Positions 32,401 to 41,873 of a DNA stretch of 52,638 bases are shown here, one piece after another. The translations under genes and the position numbers were made by a program. A model generated the notes under the pieces. It saw only the letters and a program-made list of their open reading frames with translations. It did no database searches and was not told the origin of the DNA. The first letter of the stretch is position 1, and the number at the start of each line of letters is the position of its first letter. This DNA comes from Candidatus Pacearchaeota archaeon (GTDB lineage Archaea > Nanobdellota > Nanobdellia > Pacearchaeales > GW2011-AR1): positions 1 through 52,638 of the forward strand of contig JAFCDZ010000004.1 of the NCBI GenBank assembly GCA_017609405.1, in the 5' to 3' direction.

Positions 32401-35400
32401 TCTATATCGTAAGTTTTATTTAAAGGATGGATTATTTTAATTTTGGGAGGGGTTGTATCAATAATTATCTTTCGTGTTTCAGTTGAATTCTTATTTTCAG
32501 ATTTGTCATAAGATGTAGCATTTATATAATATTCATCGTCTTCAAGGTTGGTAATGTTCCAGAAAAAGGTGCTTTCTATAGATGTATTACTTTTGACTAA
32601 TTCTCCTTTTGAATTATAAATAAATATTATGGAGTTCTTCAGGTTTTTGTCCAGAGTTGTTAAATTTATCTCTATATACCTTTTGTTGGTTATTGTATTA
32701 TTCTCTGGTGTTGGAGATGTAAATTCTATCTCAGGGGTTTCGTTATCTATAACCACCTTTATGGTTTTTGTTGAATTTTTATTTCCAAAACCATCTATAA
32801 CACTTGCATTTATATAATAAACACCATTATCTAACTCAGAAAATTCGTGTTCCACTGCTTCCTGAGCACTTTTTGTTTTAAAGTTTATTTTATCAACAAT
32901 TCTCTCACTCTCATTATATAAGTACAGCTCAATCCATGAAGATGTTCTATCAGAAACATTTATTTTTATGATGATATTGTCTTTATTTAAGAAAACTTCT
33001 TCGTCACTTGGAATTATATCTACTCTGGGGGATTCACTATCTTTTGATATTGGATAATAATCATTATAATTCATAAGATACCCTTGTTCATAATTCATGA
33101 AGACAATTTTTTTAATATCACAAAACCCGTCATTATTTTTATCATCACATATTTCTGAAAAACCTGTTCCATTAGGATATGCCCAATAATTTCCCCCAAC
33201 ATTAAATAAGCCCATTATCCCCTCACCACTTCTTTTTTCATCATTAAATACCCCGTTTAGTTTAGTGTCTTTTTGAGGAGATTTTTTTAAAACATCAAAA
33301 AAAGTTTTTTGTATCTCAAAAAAAGTGTTTATTGTATTGTTAAATAAATTATTGTACACTTTAAAATTGTCTGGAATGTCGCAGTTGTTATTCTTACAAT
33401 GATAATAAAATACAATTCCTTTTGAGTTATTTTCAATAAGATTTCTCTTTATTGTAGAATTAGAAACATCTATTCTGATTCCTTCATTATTTCTTTTTAT
33501 TATATTGTTTTCTAAAACACTTCTTTTTGAGTGGTCATATATTTTTATACCTATTTTATTTTCTATTATTGTGCTATTTGTTATATTTACATCTGAAATA
33601 TCACTGAAAATTCCAATAGTATTATTTATAGTAGTACAAGAATCAATGGTGAATTTTTCTTGTGGAGCGCTTCCTGCAGAAATTCCTTTTTCTTTGTTTC
33701 CAATTGCTGTTATGTTTTTTAAGAATGTGCCTCCGGATTTCCCACTATTGAAACCAATTATATTGTTATTTAATACAGAATCAAACGCACTTATGTTATT
33801 TCCCATAATTGAGATTCCATAGTAATTATTAGATGAACTAATGTTTCTTAAAATAATGTTTTTCCCATCAACCAGTAATCCATTATTTTTGAGATTATCT
33901 GAACCATTTATAGTTACATTTTCAATAATAATATCATTCCCACAAACAATTAATTCAGAGAGTATCTTGTTTTTTATAAAATCACTTCCACCATAGAATT
34001 CTATTTTTCTATTTCCAGAACCAATTACATTCTCAAAGTTAACTTTTTCGCAATTTTTTATCTCGTGAAGCACAGGGTCTATATCCCATTCTTTATTCTC
34101 CAGAACTTTTAAATTAATTAAATCAAGGTTCTCTACTTTTCCCCTAATAGTAATTCCTGTTTGAAGATTATTTTCTATCCTTGAATTCTCCACTCTTCCA
34201 GAAGTACTCAAGGCGTTTATCACACCATTCTTACCAAAACCATTAAGAAGTATTCCTTTTCTATTTCCAGTTATAGAAACATTTTCAACAACAAAATTAG
34301 AAACCCCTCTCAAAGCAATCCCTGCTCTTGGGTCATCTTTTTCATTATAATAACTCTCTTTAAACTCAGAATCTTTTATAAAAATAGAGTCAGAGTTTTC
34401 AACAGAGAGTCCTGTATGAACTTTATCTGATTTTATATTTTTGAATAATATATTTGTGGAATTATAAACGAAGATTCCGTTTCTCTTCAAATCTTCTGAT
34501 TGGGTTATTGTTATATTTTTTACTTCAAAATTATTTACACTACATAAAATTAATTCAGGTGTTTTTTTGTTCTCTAAAGAACCTGAATTGTTCAAATAGT
34601 TTAGATAAATAAATTTAATATTTTTATCATCTGTAACATTGATTATTTTGTTATCGCAAGAATATGTTTTGTCTTTTCCTAATATAATTTCAATATCTTT
34701 TATTCTTGAGCCAAATATTTTTGAATTTTCTATAATATTTTCTTCAGCTTTTCCAATTAAGATTCCAAATCTTGAATACTTTTTTGTGTTATTAATCTCC
34801 ACATTTTTTATTAAATTCTTAATTGTTCCATAATCAAGTCTTATTTGTTCATAACCAGAACCTTCTATTTTTGAATTAATTATCTTATTTTCTTGACCAC
34901 CATTTATTAAAACACCTCTTCTCCCACTTTTAGCAGTTATGTTTTCTAAAATAGTTTTATTAGAATTAGTTATCTCTATTATTTCCCACCCCCCTAAAAA
35001 AACAGAATTCTTAATAATATTACCCCTACCCTGATTTATTCCAAGACTTTTTAATATTCCATGAGAGTGTTTTTTTGCTGCGTTTACAATTGTATTATTA
35101 TCCGAATATGATAAATAAATATTATATTGACTTCCTTTATCATACCAAAAAGATTCTCCAAAGAATAAATTTTCAAAATTATTTTTATTTGAAAACAAAG
35201 AATATATATTGTACTCTTTTGTATCTATAAACGAAACATTTGTTACCTTGTTGTTATCTGAACCAAGAAGATAAATTGCTCTTGTATTGTTTCCAAGAAA
35301 GGAAACATTTTCAATTCTTGAATCATTTGTTTTGAATAAATATATTCCATATGACCAGTTTTGGAATATACAATTTTTTATTGTAATGCTCTTTTTATTT

Positions 35401-36368
35401 TCAGAACTTATACCTCTTTTTCCATCTTGAAAACCAATTATATTATAACCATTACAATCAAGTATTGTATTATTGCGATATATATTAAAGCTATATCTTG
35501 ATGTTATGTTTTTGGTTAATCTAACAATCTCGCACTCTTTATTCTCTAATGCAGTGTCGCAAGAACTATAACTATCACAATAACAAACTTTTTTTTCACC
35601 ACACCTGTATCTACATCCATTTTCAACACCTTCATCTCGAAATTTATCCCCTGCTGTTTTGTTGCAAATATTTTCTGAACTTTTTATTATTGTACACCCA
35701 CTCTTCCAAAAATCATACCTAGAATTATTACACATTTTATTTTTTTTAAGAATAATATAATTACCACGATAACACTTTATCCCTCCCTCACCATTTGAAT
35801 TAACTATATTATTGATAAATTCATTATAATATGGCTGATATGTACCAATTCCAAACCGGCCATTAAAATTAGCGGTATTATTTATTAATTTATTTCTATA
35901 TCCGTTTCTAATAAAAATTCCATATCCAGAATTAAAATTAACTGTATTATTAATTATTATATTATCATCTGTATAAATCCCTATACCCTTCCTATAATTA
36001 AAATTAGCAGTATTATTTATTAATTGGCAATTTTTAGAATGATCAATACTTAATACAATTCCTTCTGTAAAATTAAAAACTCTACAATTTTTTACAGTTA
36101 TATTTTTTCCACGTAAGATAATCCCATATTTCAATAAGCCTGATGGTTTATTTGTGAATATCTTATGCCCCCTACAATCAAGAGTAGCATTATTAGCATA
36201 AATCTCAAAACAGTTCGCTGTTGTATAAACATCTGAATTCAAAACATATTCCCCTGGTTTTGTTATTTTCTGGCACGAAGAAATCTCTTCTGCACTAGAA
36301 CAAAAACTAATAAAAGATAGCATCTGGAATATTAATATTATCAATAAAATATACCTCTCTTTTATCAT
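29448..36368 (-). CDS. giant (2306-aa) secreted surface protein: three right-handed beta-helix (NosD/PbH1-like) blocks, Ig-like repeats, Gly/Ser linker, Cys-rich module, C-terminal anchor
   Basis: It has a signal-peptide-like N-terminus. Many N-x-I/N-N-T pectate-lyase-type turns are present (NNTANFN, GIGIY...), with repeated TTPPKI/ETPEIE-bounded Ig-size modules. GSGSGSGSSTGGGSGNS is followed by a Cys-rich region, and the protein ends with TM + KK. It overlaps the aCPSF1 3' end by 24 nt (convergent). Confidence 0.9.
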   Translation of the reverse strand: MIKERYILLIILIFQMLSFISFCSSAEEISSCQKITKPGEYVLNSDVYTTANCFEIYANNATLDCRGHKIFTNKPSGLLKYGIILRGKNITVKNCRVFNFTEGIVLSIDHSKNCQLINNTANFNYRKGIGIYTDDNIIINNTVNFNSGYGIFIRNGYRNKLINNTANFNGRFGIGTYQPYYNEFINNIVNSNGEGGIKCYRGNYIILKKNKMCNNSRYDFWKSGCTIIKSSENICNKTAGDKFRDEGVENGCRYRCGEKKVCYCDSYSSCDTALENKECEIVRLTKNITSRYSFNIYRNNTILDCNGYNIIGFQDGKRGISSENKKSITIKNCIFQNWSYGIYLFKTNDSRIENVSFLGNNTRAIYLLGSDNNKVTNVSFIDTKEYNIYSLFSNKNNFENLFFGESFWYDKGSQYNIYLSYSDNNTIVNAAKKHSHGILKSLGINQGRGNIIKNSVFLGGWEIIEITNSNKTILENITAKSGRRGVLINGGQENKIINSKIEGSGYEQIRLDYGTIKNLIKNVEINNTKKYSRFGILIGKAEENIIENSKIFGSRIKDIEIILGKDKTYSCDNKIINVTDDKNIKFIYLNYLNNSGSLENKKTPELILCSVNNFEVKNITITQSEDLKRNGIFVYNSTNILFKNIKSDKVHTGLSVENSDSIFIKDSEFKESYYNEKDDPRAGIALRGVSNFVVENVSITGNRKGILLNGFGKNGVINALSTSGRVENSRIENNLQTGITIRGKVENLDLINLKVLENKEWDIDPVLHEIKNCEKVNFENVIGSGNRKIEFYGGSDFIKNKILSELIVCGNDIIIENVTINGSDNLKNNGLLVDGKNIILRNISSSNNYYGISIMGNNISAFDSVLNNNIIGFNSGKSGGTFLKNITAIGNKEKGISAGSAPQEKFTIDSCTTINNTIGIFSDISDVNITNSTIIENKIGIKIYDHSKRSVLENNIIKRNNEGIRIDVSNSTIKRNLIENNSKGIVFYYHCKNNNCDIPDNFKVYNNLFNNTINTFFEIQKTFFDVLKKSPQKDTKLNGVFNDEKRSGEGIMGLFNVGGNYWAYPNGTGFSEICDDKNNDGFCDIKKIVFMNYEQGYLMNYNDYYPISKDSESPRVDIIPSDEEVFLNKDNIIIKINVSDRTSSWIELYLYNESERIVDKINFKTKSAQEAVEHEFSELDNGVYYINASVIDGFGNKNSTKTIKVVIDNETPEIEFTSPTPENNTITNKRYIEINLTTLDKNLKNSIIFIYNSKGELVKSNTSIESTFFWNITNLEDDEYYINATSYDKSENKNSTETRKIIIDTTPPKIKIIHPLNKTYDIDVVELNYTARDDIGLDTCWYSTDLGITNTTITCGQNITGLTSNEGKNTWIVWANDTIGNENYSKVVFTKDTTIPILVVYSPKNITYKSSEILINFTASDLSKIDTLWYYNGTNNITYTSPHYININEGHYTYIFYANDSAGNMNQSSISFALDTTPPKFNINRSLEIWDNQSLRYYINATDKSGIKSFELNDTTIFEIDLDNFLINKSKLIAGNYSLNITAEDYVGNKNTTTLNIKILNSSEEQFRVEAQEPTINYCRRIIYSNKEYYLTNNITLNDDCIKIQTDNITLDCRGNWIIGDGYNFGKKGISLISQRNITIKNCNFKNIGYGIYIYDVSKVRIRNCSFEHFDKGIYGHSTDFLNIQNISSKNEIGKIIVLDSGRSVNITKVKAKDSNIYAHNIGALKIRDINISLRGSSEGAISLYECIGAELERVITHSSNIGIKIKRGLRYTLKNITIKNNYKGLVLEGIENSILTNSKIINNQIGLHLTSDTRQNYIFNNLFNNSQNIVYERIGINKWNTTLQKVKNIIGGKYSGGNYWGKIDGTGFSDTCEDKDRNEICDSPYVISNIVDNKDNYPLAKIRYGFELMLLSPIHGTKVEKGNGIIRLTFGIKDNSTKIKNCSIYINEELKDTKDDPKFYREQQSYSGLISWFSESFNNEGIYSWKVVCYDERGTSVESSIEEFEIVSAVSPVENFEITLISPNNNSELTNNEVLFNISGNLNISSCNLSINGSEEEAMERESRKSFTKNISLEIGEYNANISCISEEGMLSEIKGIFFKIIVGSGSGSGSSTGGGSGNSNCYANWQEYRNGECLLFNNNVSKCVSGMIQQSNCGECGEVCSLFGKYCENGVCKEYKEEAYKGIRCSELSLLRCSSYTTEEDCNKDSCKFGNCVWMNEKCWDNRSRGSLYYIVCDGSCSGENGAGKIINCTYIKQNPDGSEEKETRMIDCSQFNILPVFNILNLIISIAILIIIYSKKLFQSKNF

Positions 36369-36461
36369 GAAATATTTAGGAATAGCTTCTTTAAAAAATT
36401 AATTAAATCCTCGAGAATCTATAAAAGGAAAGTTTATAAATTTCTTTTCTGTTTAACTAAT

Positions 36462-39107
36462 ATGAAAAAAGAGGTAATTATAATAAATTTGTCTTTAATA
36501 CTTTCTTTAGCATCTTTACTTGCATTCAGTCAGGAAAATATTGGAAATCCTCCGGGAGATTTAAAAGAAAATTATCTTCCTGGACAGATTTTAGACGGTT
36601 GGATAAACATTAGTTTAAATCAAGAAAGCAATCTTAATCTGAGATATAACAATCAAGAAATAAGCCTCCTTGATTTTTTGAGGAAAAATTCTGCTTATTT
36701 TTCTTGTGAGCCATCAAGTTGCAATTCTACTTATGAGGTTACTGGAAGCGGTGAGGATACAATTTCTTTTAATTTGAACCATGGTGCGGAGAAAATTCTT
36801 GGAATTCGTGTGGATGGTATTATCTCAGGGATAAGTTATGTTGGTTTTAATCTAACAAGCAACGCAACAGCAAATTGCAAGAATCAGATAGAATTGGATG
36901 TTTTGAATGATGGTGTAATTGATGTAATAAATACAAAAGGGTTGGAAGAAACTTGTTTAACAAAAAAGGGATGCTATGATTCTAATTTAGAAAATGAAGA
37001 ATATTTTCTTTCTTCAACAAGAGCGTATTGTCAAAAAATAAGATTTCCAATATCCCCCTCTTTTAAAGTTGGTGCTTGGATTAAGAAAGTTGAAGATGGA
37101 GACTCAAATGTTTTAATAAAAATATATAATCAAGACCATGGATTTACAGGTAAGAGCTGTATAATTAATCGTGAAGAAATAAGTCCTGCTGGAGGAGAAG
37201 TTTCTTGTGATATTAATCTATCTACTAAAGAAACCGAGAATTATTACATCTGTATTCTTCAGGATAATGATAATGGAAAATATAAAATAAGAGGTAATAT
37301 AAATCCTTCTGAAAAATGTGGTTATAATGGTGATCCTGAACTTCCTTATGACTTTGTTGGGGCATATGATATCTTTATCAAAAGTAAAAAATTTGCAGAT
37401 ATTGGAGAAATTTCAATAACAAATAAAAATTTTTATGGAGATGATTTATCAAGTCTTGTAGAACAATATCTCTTTAAAGAATTTGGAAATGAACAAGAAG
37501 TTAATTGCAGTTTGGGGTGCACTATACCTATTTTAATAAAAGCAAAAACCCCTCAAAAAATAACTTTGTCTAATCTAAAAGTTATTTACAGAAAAAGAAC
37601 TGGAGAAACAGAAAAAAATTCATTTTATGATGTTCAAGAAATAAGTCCAAAAATAAGCATGGAATTCACAAAACTTAATCTTGTACCTGCTAATTTTTCT
37701 GCCCCCCGGGTGGAAGGAGAATATAATATTTCTATTTTTCTTGGAAATGTGAAAGTTCTTAACAAGACAATTATTGTAAAAAGATTACAGGATATTACTG
37801 GGATAACTCCAAATATTGGTGCAGCAGGAATACCTATTAAACTAAAAGCAGAAATCCCTAACGAATCTCTTACACAAGGTTATGTTTATACATGGGATTT
37901 TGGGGATAACTCAGAAAACTTGACTACAACAACAAACAATGTTGAGCATATTTATGAGAATATTGGAACTTATTTTATAACAATAAATGTCAAAAAAGAT
38001 AATTTTGAATACTCAAAAAAATTTAAGATTGTTATTGGCTCCCCTAAAGATATCTTAAATAAAACCCTTTATGAGAAATTAAATCAAACACTAAAAATAG
38101 AAAACTATCTCAAATCTCTTCCAGAGTTAGAAAGAAGAATTCTTTTGGAGAAAATTGGCATTGATGAAATCAAGAGCAATCTTAGCAGGATTCAACAAGA
38201 GTTCATACAGGCAAATTCTGTTGACACATACATAAATTTAACAAGAGATATTTTTAGCATAAGAATTCCTTTAGAAATCTCTGAGTCTTATCTAGAAGAA
38301 CCATTTTTCCCAAAAAAAGAAGAAATAAATCCTGAGTTAGTTGGAGCAGTTACAGGTGGATATGATTCTAATAAATATGATGAACTGGCTCAAGGAATTG
38401 AAGACTGGATTAAGAAGAATCTTTTACCTGTGATTTCTAAAAAACAATACCTAATTAGATATCCAGATGATGAAGATAAAATAAATTTCATAAAAATACA
38501 TATTCAAGGGAATGAAGAGGTTTATTTTTTCATCAAAAAACCAGCAGAAGTTTTAGATAATTCTAAGTTAGAAGAAGATAATTATTATTATGTCCTCTTA
38601 TCTCCAACAAAACAAGATGTATCTTTTATAATTTATGGGGACCTTAATCAGGATAATGTTCAATTCTTCTTATCACCTGATTTAAGGAAGATAAGATTAA
38701 ATAATGAACAACAACCAGCTGAGATAAAAGAAGAAACTGATTGGAAGATGAAAGCATTAATTTATACTTTAATTATCTTGTTTTCAGGATTTGTCTTGTA
38801 TATTTTTATTGCTTTTTGGTATATGAATAAATACGAGTCTTATTTATTTAAAAATAAAGTTGATTTAATAAACATTATGAGATATATCACAATAGAATCA
38901 AGAAAAGGAAAAACAGATTATGAAATAGAGAACGCACTAAAAAAAGCAGGTTGGTCTAATGAACAAATTACCTATGCGATAAATAAATTTCATGGAAGAA
39001 ATACCGGTGTTCCAGGGTCAAGAGTGCTTAATAAAATATTAAAAATATTAAAAAGAAAAAATAATCATCCAAACCAGCCAAATCCTGTTCCAAGAAGATA
39101 TTATTAA
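36462..39107 (+). CDS. 881-aa secreted/anchored surface protein with a PKD-like domain
   Basis: It has a signal peptide, YTWDFGDNSENLTTTTNNVEHIYENIGTYFITINV (PKD signature WDFGDG-like), one TM near residue 770 and a ~100-aa cytoplasmic tail. Confidence 0.85.
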   Translation: MKKEVIIINLSLILSLASLLAFSQENIGNPPGDLKENYLPGQILDGWINISLNQESNLNLRYNNQEISLLDFLRKNSAYFSCEPSSCNSTYEVTGSGEDTISFNLNHGAEKILGIRVDGIISGISYVGFNLTSNATANCKNQIELDVLNDGVIDVINTKGLEETCLTKKGCYDSNLENEEYFLSSTRAYCQKIRFPISPSFKVGAWIKKVEDGDSNVLIKIYNQDHGFTGKSCIINREEISPAGGEVSCDINLSTKETENYYICILQDNDNGKYKIRGNINPSEKCGYNGDPELPYDFVGAYDIFIKSKKFADIGEISITNKNFYGDDLSSLVEQYLFKEFGNEQEVNCSLGCTIPILIKAKTPQKITLSNLKVIYRKRTGETEKNSFYDVQEISPKISMEFTKLNLVPANFSAPRVEGEYNISIFLGNVKVLNKTIIVKRLQDITGITPNIGAAGIPIKLKAEIPNESLTQGYVYTWDFGDNSENLTTTTNNVEHIYENIGTYFITINVKKDNFEYSKKFKIVIGSPKDILNKTLYEKLNQTLKIENYLKSLPELERRILLEKIGIDEIKSNLSRIQQEFIQANSVDTYINLTRDIFSIRIPLEISESYLEEPFFPKKEEINPELVGAVTGGYDSNKYDELAQGIEDWIKKNLLPVISKKQYLIRYPDDEDKINFIKIHIQGNEEVYFFIKKPAEVLDNSKLEEDNYYYVLLSPTKQDVSFIIYGDLNQDNVQFFLSPDLRKIRLNNEQQPAEIKEETDWKMKALIYTLIILFSGFVLYIFIAFWYMNKYESYLFKNKVDLINIMRYITIESRKGKTDYEIENALKKAGWSNEQITYAINKFHGRNTGVPGSRVLNKILKILKRKNNHPNQPNPVPRRYY

Positions 39108-39148
39108 AATATAGAAAACTTTAATAAATAAGAAAAACTCATAAAGAC

Positions 39149-39787
39149 ATGATAAGAACAATCTTTGAAAAATTAGCCTCTTGGTGGTTTAAAAATAAAA
39201 AAGATATAAATTTAGGGTTTTATGGACCACCAAACGCAGGAAAAACAAGTTTAGCAAATAGAATCTGTAAGGATTTTTTAGGCGAAGAATTAGGAAAAGT
39301 AAGCAAAATCCCGCACGAAACAAGAGAGGTTCAATTTAGAGAGAGTGTAGAGGTTGAATATGATGGTAAAAAAATGAAACTTAAATTAGTAGATACTCCT
39401 GGAATTGCTACAAAAGTTGATTATGAAGATTTCTTAAAATATAAACTAAAAAAATCAGAAGCAAAGAAAAGAGCAAAAGAAGCAACTCAAGGAATTGTTG
39501 AGGCAATAAAATGGCTTGAAGATATGGATGTAGTCGTAGTTGTTTTAGATGCAACAGAAAACCCCTATAATCAAGTAAATATAACAATAATCGGAAACCT
39601 TGTTGCTAGAAAAATTCCTGTCCTGATTGTAGCAAATAAAATTGATTTAAAAAAAGCAGATATTAAGAGAATAAAAGCAGCTTTTCCAGAGTATCCTGTT
39701 GTTGGGATTAGTGCAAAATACGGTAATAATATAGAAGAATTTTATAGGGAAGTATTTAATATATCAAAAAAGAGAAAGAAAAAATAA
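39149..39787 (+). CDS. small GTPase (Era/Arf-like P-loop)
   Basis: 212 aa with G1 GPPNAGKTS, G3 DTPG, G4 NKID and G5 SAK. Confidence 0.85.
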   Translation: MIRTIFEKLASWWFKNKKDINLGFYGPPNAGKTSLANRICKDFLGEELGKVSKIPHETREVQFRESVEVEYDGKKMKLKLVDTPGIATKVDYEDFLKYKLKKSEAKKRAKEATQGIVEAIKWLEDMDVVVVVLDATENPYNQVNITIIGNLVARKIPVLIVANKIDLKKADIKRIKAAFPEYPVVGISAKYGNNIEEFYREVFNISKKRKKK

Positions 39788-39788
39788 A

Positions 39789-40199
39789 ATGGTAAAAAAA
39801 AGAGGGAAAGGCAAAATAAGCAAGTTTTCAATTCAATTCTTGCCTTATTCTAGAATAAAAAATCTAAATAGCAATGAAAGAATCAAGAAACTTCTTAATA
39901 TTGCTTCTAAAAACAACATTATTGTTCTGCAAGGAAGGCTTGAGCCAGAGGAGGAAGCTGAATTAATTAAGCAAACAATGATTGAAATTGGAAAGAAAAA
40001 AGAGTTTAAAGGAATTGAATTAGCAGTTCTTCCTGAAAAGCAGGAAGCAAATCTTTTTGAAAAATTAAGAAGGAATTTTGCAAAAGTTTTATCTGGAACT
40101 GACTTGAACACTTTTACAGTTATAGGTCCAGCAGCTATTGTAAAAGAAATCAACAAAAATCCCGAAAAAATAGAACTATTTCTTAATAACAGAAGATAA
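39789..40199 (+). CDS. archaeal conserved protein, DUF2073-like
   Basis: 136 aa. It starts 1 nt after the GTPase stop. The family assignment is from memory of the conserved GTPase/DUF2073/Zn-ribbon gene triad. Confidence 0.6.
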   Translation: MVKKRGKGKISKFSIQFLPYSRIKNLNSNERIKKLLNIASKNNIIVLQGRLEPEEEAELIKQTMIEIGKKKEFKGIELAVLPEKQEANLFEKLRRNFAKVLSGTDLNTFTVIGPAAIVKEINKNPEKIELFLNNRR

Positions 40200-40234
40200 C
40201 AAAGTTTTATATATGATTATTTCATATAAAAAAT

Positions 40235-40612
40235 ATGCCACACCAATGTGTTCATTGCGGTAAAATCTATCCTACTGGAAGCAAAGAGATATTAGAAGGC
40301 TGTAGCTGTGGAAGCAGATTTTTTTATTATATCAAGGATGAGGAATATCAAAAATTAAAAGAGAAAATTCCTCTTTTAACTAAGGAAGAGAAGAAGCAGA
40401 TTGAGAGAGATATTAGGGAAATGTCTGGAATCAAAAAAGAGGATGCTCCCATTGTTTTAGATTTAGAATCTATAAGAGCAATAAGTCCTGGAAAATTTGA
40501 AATAGATATTGTTAATTTATTTAATAAACATAGGCCAATTATATATAAGGTAGAAGAGGGAAAATATATAATTGATTTAGCATCTACTTTTGAGAAAAAT
40601 AAAAAAAATTGA
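40235..40612 (+). CDS. Zn-ribbon protein, DUF2072-like
   Basis: 125 aa. The N-terminal HQCVHCG...CSCG is a Cys4 ribbon. Confidence 0.65.
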   Translation: MPHQCVHCGKIYPTGSKEILEGCSCGSRFFYYIKDEEYQKLKEKIPLLTKEEKKQIERDIREMSGIKKEDAPIVLDLESIRAISPGKFEIDIVNLFNKHRPIIYKVEEGKYIIDLASTFEKNKKN

Positions 40613-40619
40613 TTTTAAA

Positions 40620-41873
40620 ATGAAGAAAATATTAAAAGAGGTTTTAGAAGAGATAAAGCCTCAAAAAAAAGAAGTGCTTAAGATTAGGAGAGAACTTATT
40701 GCAATTACTTCTCAAATGAAAAGAGAAATTAAGAAGAATAATATCTCTGCAGAAGTTTTTGTTGGTGGCAGTTTTGCAAAAGGTACTATGATAAAGAGAA
40801 ATGGTATGGATATCGATATTTTTATAAGGTTTGATAAAAAATATTCTGAACAAGAAATGAAAAAATTAACAAAAAAAATAATCTCCTTTTTAAAATATAA
40901 GGTTGTTAAAGGTTCAAGGGACTATTTTAAGGTGAAAATTTCTGATGCTATTCTGGAAATTGTCCCTATTCGAAAGATAGCTAAACCTGAGCAAGCAGAG
41001 AATGTAACTGATTTATCTTATTTTCATGTAAAGTACGAGAATAAAAAATTAAATAATCAACTTAGGGATGAAATTCGATTAGCAAAAGCATTCTGTCATG
41101 CTTCAGGATGTTATGGGGCAGAGTCATATATCAGAGGTTTTTCTGGATATGGTCTTGAACTATTGCTAATTTATTATCAAACTTTTGAAAAATTTGTAAA
41201 GGAGATTTCATCAATAAAAACCAAGAAATTTATTGATATAGAGAAAAAATATAGAAATGAGAGAGAAGCATTAATGAGTATGAATAGTTCAAAGCTGGAA
41301 TCTCCAATTATTCTTGTTGACCCTGTATTAAAAGGGAGAAATGCTTTGGCAGCATTATCCCATGAAAAATTTATTAAATTTCAAAAATGGTGCAAAAAAT
41401 TTCTAAAAAAACCTTCAAAGAAATTTTTTGTAGAAGAGAAAATAGATTTAGATAAATTAAAAGAAAAAGCAAAAGAATCTGAAAATAAGGTATTTCTTAT
41501 AATCAAGACAAATAAACAAGAAGGAGATATTGCAGGAACTAAGTTATTGAAGTTTAACGAATTCTTAAAAAGAGAGCTCTCAAAAAAATTTGAGATAACT
41601 AAAAGTTTTTTTGAGTATTCTGGAAAAAAAGAAGGATTTTCCTTTATTGAAGTTAGAAAAAAGGAGAAAATAATTATTGAAGGACCTTTCAAAAAGGATA
41701 AGAAGAACCTCGAGAGGTTTATAAAAAAACACGCAGATGTTTTCTTTAAAAATGATAGGGTTTATGCTATAGAAATTGTTGAAGAAACAGTTAAAGAGTT
41801 TTTAAAGAGTTTTATCAAGAATAAAAAGAAGATAATTAAAGATATGGGAATTACAAAAATTAAGATTTTATAA
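40620..41873 (+). CDS. cca: CCA-adding enzyme (archaeal class I tRNA nucleotidyltransferase)
   Basis: 417 aa from the ATG at 40620. VFVGGSFAKGTMIKRNGMDIDIFIRF is the class I NTase GS...DxD motif, and AKAFCHASGCYGAE is also present. Confidence 0.85.
   Translation: MKKILKEVLEEIKPQKKEVLKIRRELIAITSQMKREIKKNNISAEVFVGGSFAKGTMIKRNGMDIDIFIRFDKKYSEQEMKKLTKKIISFLKYKVVKGSRDYFKVKISDAILEIVPIRKIAKPEQAENVTDLSYFHVKYENKKLNNQLRDEIRLAKAFCHASGCYGAESYIRGFSGYGLELLLIYYQTFEKFVKEISSIKTKKFIDIEKKYRNEREALMSMNSSKLESPIILVDPVLKGRNALAALSHEKFIKFQKWCKKFLKKPSKKFFVEEKIDLDKLKEKAKESENKVFLIIKTNKQEGDIAGTKLLKFNEFLKRELSKKFEITKSFFEYSGKKEGFSFIEVRKKEKIIIEGPFKKDKKNLERFIKKHADVFFKNDRVYAIEIVEETVKEFLKSFIKNKKKIIKDMGITKIKIL

Noticed and set aside
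29698-34833. Plus-strand track ORFs inside the giant gene (29698..30000, 30010..30399, 30713..30898, 32629..32817, 33505..33822, 34639..34833). Similar antisense ORFs occur inside other long genes (for example 4299..4556, 4781..5002, 10849..11184, 21017..21305, 44656..45961, 47788..48536).
   Set aside because: These are shadow ORFs antisense to long, well-supported genes. They have low-complexity or hydrophobic translations, no start context and no motifs.
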